Assembly: GCA_050012655.1 (NCBI GenBank)
Contig: JBEKGT010000001.1
Span: 1-38,731 of the forward strand
DNA: 38,731 nt
Reading direction: 5' to 3'
Source: Gemmatimonadales bacterium
Lineage (GTDB): Bacteria > Gemmatimonadota > Gemmatimonadetes > Gemmatimonadales > JACORV01
Of the stretch, positions 32,051 to 38,731 are shown piece by piece (the stretch's first letter is position 1; each line of letters starts with the position of its first letter). The position numbers and the translations under genes are program-made. The notes beneath the pieces are model-generated. The model saw nothing but the letters and a program-made list of their open reading frames with translations. It made no database searches and was not told the origin of the DNA.

Positions 32051-33105
32051 CACGCATCAAGCGGCTCGACCCGTCCGTCTTCCACCTCCCCGTCGAGCGG
32101 ATGCGGGAGGGCTACTACAGCGACAAGTACTTCGTCCGCGCCCGCGAGATCCTCGTCGCCGACGGCCACCGGCCGCGGGTGACGATGCAGGTCTTCGCCA
32201 AGACCCATGCCTTCCTCGGCGGGATGGACGAGGCGGTCGCGATCCTGAAGCTCTGCGCGCTGGAGTGGAAGGACCTCGTCGTCCACGCCCTCTTCGACGG
32301 CGACGAGGTGGAGCCGTGGGAGACGGTGATGCTCATCGAGGGGCCGTACGACGCCTTCGCCCACCTCGAGACCCTCTACCTCGGCGTGATCGCCCGCCGC
32401 ACCAAGGTCGGCACCAACACCCGGCGGGTCGTCGAAGCGGCACGGCCCAAGGAAGTGATGTTCTTCCCGGCGCGGCACGACCACTGGCTGGTGCAGACGG
32501 GGGACGGCTGGGCCGCCCACGTCGCCGGCGCCATCGGCGTCTCGACCGATGCGCAGGCCTCGTGGTGGGGGAGCGAAGGGGTGGGCACCGTCCCCCACGC
32601 CTTCATCGCGGCCTACGGCGGCGACACCGTGCTCGCCACACGGAAGTTCGCCGAGCACATGCCCGAGAGCGTGCGGCTCATCACCCTGGTGGACTTCGAG
32701 AACGACTCCGTCGGCACCAGCCTCGCCTGCGCGCGGGCCCTCGGCCCACGGCTCTACGGCGTGCGCCTCGACACCTCCGAGACGATGGTGGATAAGTCGG
32801 TCATCCCGCAGATGGGCTCCGCCAAGCCCACCGGCGTCACCCCGCAGCTCGTCCACAACGTCCGCGACGCCCTCGACCACGAGGGGTTCTCAGGGGTCAA
32901 GATCATCGTCTCCGGCGGCTTCGACGTGGAGAAGATCCGCCGCTTCGAGGAGGCGGGGGTGCCGGTGGACGCCTACGGCGTGGGCTCCTCCCTCTTCACC
33001 GGACGCTACGACTTCACCGCCGACGTGGTGCTGGTGGACGGGAAGCCGTGCGCCAAGGCGGGGCGGAGCTACCGCCCCAACCCGCGTCTGGAGCGGGTGA
33101 GCTAG
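32047..33105 (+). CDS. Type II phosphoribosyltransferase, nicotinate phosphoribosyltransferase-like
   Basis: ATG at 32047 overlaps the GT2 stop (ATGA). It resembles the NAPRTase/QPRTase family: YYSDKYFVRAREIL, the N-terminal alpha/beta domain, and barrel segments GTVPHAFIAAYGGDT and GVRLDTSE. Confidence 0.75.
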   Translation: MTRIKRLDPSVFHLPVERMREGYYSDKYFVRAREILVADGHRPRVTMQVFAKTHAFLGGMDEAVAILKLCALEWKDLVVHALFDGDEVEPWETVMLIEGPYDAFAHLETLYLGVIARRTKVGTNTRRVVEAARPKEVMFFPARHDHWLVQTGDGWAAHVAGAIGVSTDAQASWWGSEGVGTVPHAFIAAYGGDTVLATRKFAEHMPESVRLITLVDFENDSVGTSLACARALGPRLYGVRLDTSETMVDKSVIPQMGSAKPTGVTPQLVHNVRDALDHEGFSGVKIIVSGGFDVEKIRRFEEAGVPVDAYGVGSSLFTGRYDFTADVVLVDGKPCAKAGRSYRPNPRLERVS

Positions 33106-33274
33106 GGGCCGGGGCGGGGTCTTGCGCGGATCCGGAGAGTGCATATTTATTCATCGGCAAGAATGACTATGCAACCCCGAACCTGCCGCCAGGAGCCGCC
33201 GATGACCGCCGCGAAGAAGCCCGCGCCCAAGGACCGGCCCCCCGAGGCGTTCGGGATCTAGGAGCCTGCGGCCG

Positions 33275-33372
33275 TCAGAGGTGAGAAGTCAGGGGTGAGA
33301 GGGGACGGGGGACGGGCGGTTCCGTCTCCCGTCCCCTCTGACCTCTTACCTTCACGCGTCACCTCCCTCACG
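33275..33372 (+). repeat. Heptanucleotide-periodic, internally palindromic array (about 14 units)
   Basis: The left part reads TCAGAGG TGAGAAG TCAGGGG TGAGAGG GGACGGG GGACGGG, followed by CGGTTCC. The right part reads GTCTCCC GTCCCCT CTGACCT CTTACCT TCACGCG TCACCTC CCTCACG. It lies in the 370-nt spacer between the PRTase-like and nicotinamidase-like genes. Confidence 0.6.
33298..33339 (+). terminator. 18-bp (one mismatch) hairpin formed by the centre of the heptamer array; candidate terminator
   Basis: GAGGGGACGGGGGACGG pairs with CCGTCTCCCGTCCCCTC around the 6-nt loop GCGGTT. The sequence after it is T-containing (TGACCTCTTACCTTCAC). Confidence 0.55.
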
Positions 33373-33476
33373 TTCTCTTCTGTAGTAGTCCCCGCTAGGC
33401 TCCTCCTGGCATGCCCATTGCGTTGCCCCCGGCGCGTCGGTGGGCGACATTTCTCCTGCCGCCGGTGGGAGGCAGC

Positions 33477-34124
33477 ATGCAGGCGTCGGTGCTCTTCTGG
33501 GACGTGGATACGCAGGTGGACTTCATGCATGCCGACGGCAAGCTGTACGTGCCGGAGGCGGAGTCCATCATCCCGAACCTGAAACGCCTCACCGACCACG
33601 CCCACGCGCGGGGGATTCGCATCGTCGCCAGCGCCGACGACCACGTCGGCAGCCACCGGGAACTCTCGGCCACCCCCGACTTCCGCGACACGTTCCCCGC
33701 GCACTGTATGCGGGACACGCCGGGCCAGGCCAAGATCCCCGAGACCCGGCTCCGGGAGCCGCTCGTCATCGAGCCCGAGAGCGAGGCCCCGGTCGCCCTG
33801 GCGGACCGGGTCCGCAGCCACCCCGGCGACATCCTCTTCCACAAGCACTGGTTCGACGTCTTCACCAACCCCAACGTCGAGCCCGTGCTCGACGTCCTCG
33901 ACCCCCGGCACATCGTCCTCTACGGCGTCGCGCTGGACGTCTGCGACCGCTACGCCATCGAGGGCCTCCTCGCCCGCCGCCCGTCCGCCCGGCTCTACGC
34001 CGTGCGCGACGCGATGAAGCCGATCGATCCCGGCGCGGGGGAGCGGCTCCTCCGGCAGTGGAGCGATCAGGGGGTCGCCATCGTGGACACGAACGACATC
34101 ATCGCGAAAGGGTTTCCCTCGTGA
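33477..34124 (+). CDS. Isochorismatase-fold hydrolase, nicotinamidase (PncA)-like
   Basis: I trimmed the ORF to ATG 33477, which has GGGAGG 6 nt upstream. It has the catalytic Asp region WDVDTQVDF, the metal-site-like SADDHVGSH and the catalytic Cys region LYGVALDVCDRYA. Confidence 0.75.
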   Translation: MQASVLFWDVDTQVDFMHADGKLYVPEAESIIPNLKRLTDHAHARGIRIVASADDHVGSHRELSATPDFRDTFPAHCMRDTPGQAKIPETRLREPLVIEPESEAPVALADRVRSHPGDILFHKHWFDVFTNPNVEPVLDVLDPRHIVLYGVALDVCDRYAIEGLLARRPSARLYAVRDAMKPIDPGAGERLLRQWSDQGVAIVDTNDIIAKGFPS

Positions 34125-35221
34125 CCGCCCCCTTCGGACGCTTCTTCCTCCCCGGCCCCACGGAAGTCCTCCCCGAGGTCCTCGCCGCGCAGAACCGGCC
34201 CATGATGGGCCACCGCGGCGCCGGCACCGAGGCCCTCCTCGGCGGCATCGACGGCCCGATGAAGGCCATCTTCCGGACCCAGAACCCGGTCCTCATCGCC
34301 GCCGCGTCGGCCACCGGCTTCATGGAGGCCGCCATCCGGAACGGCGTGCGCAGGAAGGTGCTCTGCCTGGTGAACGGCGCCTTCTCCAAGCGCTTCGCCA
34401 CCATCGCGGCCGCGTGCGACAAGCAGGTGCACGTCCACGACATCCCCCTCGGGGAGACCGCCGAAGCCGGCCAGGTCCGCGCGCTGCTCAAGGAGACGGG
34501 CGCGGACGCCGTCACCATCGTGCACTCTGAGAGCGCCACCGGCGCCCTCTCGCCCCTCGCGGACATCGCGAAAGCGGTGCACGAGTTCGAGGACGTGATG
34601 CTCCTCGTGGACGCCGTGACCTCGATGGGCGCCACGCCCGTCGAGACCGACGCCTGGGGCCTCGACTTCGTCCTCACCGGCTCGCAGAAGGCGTTCGCCC
34701 TTCCGCCCGGCCTCACCTTCGGTGTGGCGTCGGCGCGGCTCCTGGAGCGGGCGAAGACGCTCCCTGGGCGCGGCATCTACTTCGACCTCGTCCCCTACGA
34801 CACCGAGATTCGCAAGCGCCAGACGCCGTACACCCCCGCGCTCTCGCTCATCTACGCCCTCGACGCGCAGCTCAAGCGTATCGCGGCGAACGGTGGCATC
34901 GAGGCGCGCTGGGCCCGGCACCAGGCGATGCAGCAGCGGGTGGAGCGGTGGGTCCGGGAGCAGGGCGCCGGGATGGGAGGGCTCGACTTCCTGCCGAAGG
35001 CGGGACGCCGCTCGTGGACCGTGTCGTGCCTCAAGCTCCCCGCCGGCGAGCTGACGGGGGGCGCGGTGGCCAAGAGGATGGAGTCGCGCGGCATCACCAT
35101 CGGCGCCGGCTACAAGGCGCTCAAGGACACCACCTTCCGCATCGGCCACATGGGCGACCACACCGTAGAGGGGTTGGAGTTCGTCCTCGCCAACCTCGAG
35201 GAGATCCTGCGCCGTGACTGA
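34121..35221 (+). CDS. Class V PLP-dependent aminotransferase (serine-pyruvate / alanine-glyoxylate / phosphoserine aminotransferase type)
   Basis: GTG at 34121 overlaps the upstream stop (GTGA). It has the PLP-lysine motif TGSQKAFALPPG and overall AGXT-family architecture (HSESATGA, LLVDAVTSMG). Confidence 0.85.
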   Translation: MTAPFGRFFLPGPTEVLPEVLAAQNRPMMGHRGAGTEALLGGIDGPMKAIFRTQNPVLIAAASATGFMEAAIRNGVRRKVLCLVNGAFSKRFATIAAACDKQVHVHDIPLGETAEAGQVRALLKETGADAVTIVHSESATGALSPLADIAKAVHEFEDVMLLVDAVTSMGATPVETDAWGLDFVLTGSQKAFALPPGLTFGVASARLLERAKTLPGRGIYFDLVPYDTEIRKRQTPYTPALSLIYALDAQLKRIAANGGIEARWARHQAMQQRVERWVREQGAGMGGLDFLPKAGRRSWTVSCLKLPAGELTGGAVAKRMESRGITIGAGYKALKDTTFRIGHMGDHTVEGLEFVLANLEEILRRD

Positions 35222-36179
35222 CCGCATCGTCGTGTCGGACAAGCTGGGCGCGGCGGGCCTCGAGGTGCTGCGCGGTATCCCGGGCTACGAGGTCGCGGAC
35301 GTGGCGGGGAAGGGGCCCGAGGCCCTCGACGCGGCCCTCCCCGACGCCGTCGCGCTGGTGGTTCGCAGTGAGACCAAGGTGACGGCGGCGATGATCGGCA
35401 AGGCGCCGAATCTCAAGGCCATCGGCCGCGCGGGGATGGGCGTGGACACCATCGACGTCGAGGAGGCGTCGCGGCGCAAGATCGCCGTCCTCACCGCCCC
35501 CGGCGCCAACTCGAACAGCGTGGCCGAGTACACCTTCGCCCTCCTCCTCGCCCTCGTGCGGAAGGTGCCGGCGGCGTCGGCGTCGCTCTCGGCCGGGAAG
35601 TGGGACCGCAAGGCGTTCGAGGGAACGGAGCTGCGCGGCAAGACCCTCGGCCTCATCGGCCTCGGCCGCATCGGGAGCATCGTAGCGTCGATCGCGGGCG
35701 GCTTCGGGATGACGGTGATCGGCACCGACCCGGTGTTCACGCCCGACGTCGCGACGGCGCTGCGCGTGGAGCTGGTGAGCCTCGACGAGCTGATCCGGCG
35801 CGCCGATGTCGTGAGCCTGCACGCCAAGCTCACGCCGGAGTCGAAGCACGTCCTCAACGAGCAGCGTCTCCGCGCGATGAAGAAGGGCGTCCTCATCGTG
35901 AACACCGCCCGAGGCGCCCTGATCGACGACGCGGCGCTGGTGCGTGCGCTTCAGGACGGTCACGTGGGCGGCGCGGCGCTGGACGTCTACGACCCCGAGC
36001 CGCTCCCCGCCGATTCGGTGCTCCGCACGGCGCCCAACGTGGTGCTCACGCCGCACCTCGCCGCGTCGGCGAAGGAGGCGCAGACGCGCGTGGCGCTGGA
36101 GATCGGCGAGGCGGTGAAAGCGTTCCTGCTGAGCGGGGACGTGAGCGCCGCGGTGAACCGGAAGCAGATCGGCCGGTAG
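35214..36179 (+). CDS. D-isomer-specific 2-hydroxyacid dehydrogenase, short D-3-phosphoglycerate dehydrogenase-like (no ACT domain)
   Basis: GTG at 35214 overlaps the aminotransferase gene by 8 nt. It has the NAD motif GLIGLGRIGS and the catalytic region NTARGALID...TPHLAAS. Confidence 0.85.
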   Translation: MTDRIVVSDKLGAAGLEVLRGIPGYEVADVAGKGPEALDAALPDAVALVVRSETKVTAAMIGKAPNLKAIGRAGMGVDTIDVEEASRRKIAVLTAPGANSNSVAEYTFALLLALVRKVPAASASLSAGKWDRKAFEGTELRGKTLGLIGLGRIGSIVASIAGGFGMTVIGTDPVFTPDVATALRVELVSLDELIRRADVVSLHAKLTPESKHVLNEQRLRAMKKGVLIVNTARGALIDDAALVRALQDGHVGGAALDVYDPEPLPADSVLRTAPNVVLTPHLAASAKEAQTRVALEIGEAVKAFLLSGDVSAAVNRKQIGR

Positions 36180-36195
36180 CGCTTCCCGGCGGTCG

Positions 36196-36227
36196 CCGCG
36201 CGCCGATGACCGGCGACCGGCGCGCGG
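36196..36227 (+). terminator. Perfect 10-bp GC hairpin downstream of the dehydrogenase gene (candidate terminator)
   Basis: CCGCGCGCCG (36196-36205) pairs with CGGCGCGCGG (36218-36227) around a 12-nt loop. It starts 17 nt after the stop at 36177-36179. Confidence 0.5.
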
Positions 36228-36277
36228 TGGCCTCGGGACGGTGTGCGGTGCCGGGCGCGCCGCTATCTTAACGGCCT

Positions 36278-38731
36278 ATGTCCGACGCACATCCCACCGC
36301 CTACGACCCCCAGGCGGTCGAGCGGAAGTGGCAGGCGCGATGGGAGGAGCGGGGCACGCATCGCGTGGACCTCGCCGGCGCCCGCCGCCCCTTCTACAAC
36401 CTCATGATGTTCCCGTACCCCTCGGCCGAGGGACTGCACGTCGGGAACCTCTACGCCTTCACGGGTGCGGACATCTTCGGGCGCTTCCAGCGCCTGCGGG
36501 GGCACGACGTCTTCGAGCCCCTCGGCTTCGACGCCTTCGGGATCCACTCCGAGAACTACGCCCTCAAGGTGGGGATGCACCCCGCCGAGCTGATCCCGCG
36601 CAACATCGCCACCTTCCGTACCCAGCTCAGGCGTGCCGGGCTGATGGTGGACTGGCGGTACGAGGTGCAGACCACCGACCCCGCGTACTACAAGTGGACG
36701 CAGTGGATCTTCCTGCAGCTCTTCAAGGCGGGGCTCGCGGTGCGCAAGCGGGCCGCGGTGAATTGGTGCCCCGCGTGCAAGACGGTGCTCGCCAACGAGC
36801 AGGTCATCAACGGCTTCTGCGAGCGCCATCCCGATACGAAGGTGGAGCAGCGGACCCTCGACCAGTGGTTCTTCACGATCACCAAGTACGCCGCGCCCCT
36901 CCTCGACCACCTGGCCGGGCTCGACTGGTCGCACTCGACGCGGACCCTCCAGGCCAACTGGATCGGCCGCTCGGAGGGTGCGGAGCTGGTGTTCGTCACT
37001 CCCGGCGGCCAGCGCATCACGGTCTTCACCACGCGGCCCGACACCCTCTTCGGCGCCACCTACGTCGTACTCGCCCCCGAGCACCCGCTGGTGGACGAAC
37101 TCACCACGGCGGAGTGCCGCGCGGACGTGAACGCGTACCGCCGCCGCGCCGCGGCGACGGACATCGTCACGCGCCGGGTCGGCGAGAAGGAGAAGACGGG
37201 GGTGCTCACGGGCTCGTACGCCCGGAACCCCGCGACCGGCGCATCCATCCCCATCTGGATCGCTGACTACGTGCTGATGGAGTACGGCACCGGCGCGATT
37301 ATGGCGGTGCCGGGCCACGACGAACGCGACTTCGAGTTCGCCACGAAGTTCCATCTCCCGATCGTCCGCGTGATCGCGGGGCCGGGGCAGGACGCTGCCT
37401 CACCGCTGCCTAAGGCGGAGCCCGACGTCCCTGAGGGGCGGCTCGTCAACAGCCCCGGCTACGGCGGGCGCCCGTGGGAGGAGGCGAAGCGCGCCATCAC
37501 CCGCTCGCTCGAGGAGAAGGGCCTCGGCAAGGGGGTCGTGAACTACCGCCTGCACGACTGGTGCATCTCGCGGCAGCGCTACTGGGGCCCGCCCATCCCC
37601 ATCATCCACTGCGACGCCTGCGGCCCGGTGCCCGTCCCGGAGCAGGACCTCCCCGTCATCCTTCCGAAGCTCGACGACTACCGGCCCGACGACACCGGCG
37701 TCTCGCCCCTGGCGCGGAACGAGGCGTGGTACCGGGTGCCGTGCCCCACGTGCGGGAAGCCGGCGCGCCGCGAGACCGACGTCTCCGACACGTTCCTCGA
37801 TTCGGCGTGGTACTTCCTCCGGTACCCGTCGGCCGACCGTTCGGACGTGCCGTTCGACCCGGCGATGACGAGGAAGTGGCTCCCGGTGACGACGTACATC
37901 GGCGGCAACGAGCACGCGGTCCTGCACCTGATGTACGCGCGCTTCATCACGATGGCGCTCAAGGACCTCGGCCACGTCGCATTCGAGGAGCCGTTCCCGC
38001 GCTTCCGCGCGCACGGGATGATCGTGAAGGACGGCGCGAAGATGTCGAAGTCGCGCGGCAACGTCGTGGTGCCCGACGCGTACTTCGACCAATGGGGCGC
38101 CGACACCTTCCGGATGTACCTGATGTTCCTGGGGCCGTATCAGGAGGGCGGCGACTTCCGCGACGCAGGGATCGTCGGGATCCGGAGGTTCCTGGACAAG
38201 GTCTGGGCGCTGGTGGACAAGGCAGACGCCAAGACGCCAAGACGCCAAGAGGGACCCGGTGCCGCCGCGGGCGACGAACTGCTCCGGCATCTCCACCACA
38301 CGATCCAGCGCGTCACGGCGGACACGGGGGCGCTGGCGTACAACACTGCGATCGCGGCGATGATGGAGTACGTGAACGCGCTCCAGAAGGGGGAGGCCAC
38401 GCCGGCCCTCCTCGAGCCGCTGATCCTGATGCTCGCCCCCTATGCGCCGCACTTCGCTGAAGAGCTATGGGAGCGGCTCGGGCACACGACGTCGGTGATG
38501 GAGGCGGCGTGGCCGGCCTTCGACCCGGCGCTCGCGGTGGTGGAGCAGGTGGAACTGGTGGTCCAAGTGAACGGGAAGGTCCGCGCGAGGGTCGCGATGC
38601 CGCGCGGCGCCGCCGAGGCCGACGCCGTGGCCGCCGCCCAGGCGGAGCCGGCGGTCGCCAAGTTCACCGAGGGGAAGCCGCCGCGGAAGGTGATCTTCGT
38701 CCCCGACCGGCTGGTGAACATCGTGGTCTGA
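36278..38731 (+). CDS. leuS: Leucine--tRNA ligase
   Basis: The 817-aa product has the class I signatures PYPSAEGLHVGN (HIGH-type) and KMSKSRGN (KMSKS). It also has a CP1 editing domain and Zn-binding Cys pairs (CPACKT, CDACG, CPTCG). The stop is at the window end. Confidence 0.95.
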   Translation: MSDAHPTAYDPQAVERKWQARWEERGTHRVDLAGARRPFYNLMMFPYPSAEGLHVGNLYAFTGADIFGRFQRLRGHDVFEPLGFDAFGIHSENYALKVGMHPAELIPRNIATFRTQLRRAGLMVDWRYEVQTTDPAYYKWTQWIFLQLFKAGLAVRKRAAVNWCPACKTVLANEQVINGFCERHPDTKVEQRTLDQWFFTITKYAAPLLDHLAGLDWSHSTRTLQANWIGRSEGAELVFVTPGGQRITVFTTRPDTLFGATYVVLAPEHPLVDELTTAECRADVNAYRRRAAATDIVTRRVGEKEKTGVLTGSYARNPATGASIPIWIADYVLMEYGTGAIMAVPGHDERDFEFATKFHLPIVRVIAGPGQDAASPLPKAEPDVPEGRLVNSPGYGGRPWEEAKRAITRSLEEKGLGKGVVNYRLHDWCISRQRYWGPPIPIIHCDACGPVPVPEQDLPVILPKLDDYRPDDTGVSPLARNEAWYRVPCPTCGKPARRETDVSDTFLDSAWYFLRYPSADRSDVPFDPAMTRKWLPVTTYIGGNEHAVLHLMYARFITMALKDLGHVAFEEPFPRFRAHGMIVKDGAKMSKSRGNVVVPDAYFDQWGADTFRMYLMFLGPYQEGGDFRDAGIVGIRRFLDKVWALVDKADAKTPRRQEGPGAAAGDELLRHLHHTIQRVTADTGALAYNTAIAAMMEYVNALQKGEATPALLEPLILMLAPYAPHFAEELWERLGHTTSVMEAAWPAFDPALAVVEQVELVVQVNGKVRARVAMPRGAAEADAVAAAQAEPAVAKFTEGKPPRKVIFVPDRLVNIVV

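Noticed and set aside
33139-33200. A possible NAD+ riboswitch (nadA-motif-like CAACCCC element) between the NAD salvage genes.
   Set aside because: There is only a short CAACCCC resemblance. I cannot reconstruct the tandem bulged-stem architecture of the known class from this sequence. An Infernal search with the Rfam model would be needed.

Overview
This is a 38.7 kb, very GC-rich (roughly 70%) bacterial chromosomal segment. The gene content resembles Gemmatimonadota or Acidobacteria-type genomes, but the taxonomy cannot be proven from the window. I support about 33 protein genes. I saw no rRNA, tRNA, CRISPR array, transposase, integrase or phage genes. Most long antisense ORFs in the track are GC-driven artefacts. 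The main blocks are as follows. (1) 243-4641: a secreted beta-propeller/phosphoesterase fusion, an NADP oxidoreductase and a beta-lactamase-like serine hydrolase. (2) 4804-13862: a translationally coupled N-glycan/mannoside utilisation operon (GH20, CBM9-like protein, Na+/solute symporter, GH130 phosphorylase, GH38 alpha-mannosidase). (3) 13965-18157: PEBP, YgbA-like protein, asnA, a small membrane protein, ornithine cyclodeaminase and a hypothetical protein. (4) 18164-22344: an envelope redox island with a beta-propeller protein, a thioredoxin-like protein, a peroxiredoxin, a cupredoxin remnant, TlpA and CcdA. (5) 22442-24798: an Omp85-type barrel and a Tat-exported glycosylasparaginase. (6) 24833-38731: YdjM-like hydrolase, two-domain PPK2, rsgA, Ser/Thr kinase, TPR membrane protein, GT2, nicotinate PRTase-like protein, nicotinamidase-like protein, class V aminotransferase, 2-hydroxyacid dehydrogenase and leuS. 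The most interesting signal is that the peroxiredoxin is split into two ORFs by one in-frame TGA. That TGA sits exactly at the peroxidatic Cys position and is followed 10 nt later by a strong SECIS-like hairpin, so this is probably a secreted selenocysteine peroxiredoxin next to a CcdA-TlpA electron supply. The second signal is a family of degenerate heptanucleotide tandem arrays (consensus RRGTSAK, always on the sense strand of local transcription) at gene ends and starts. One of them forms an 18-bp hairpin. No promoter could be called confidently.
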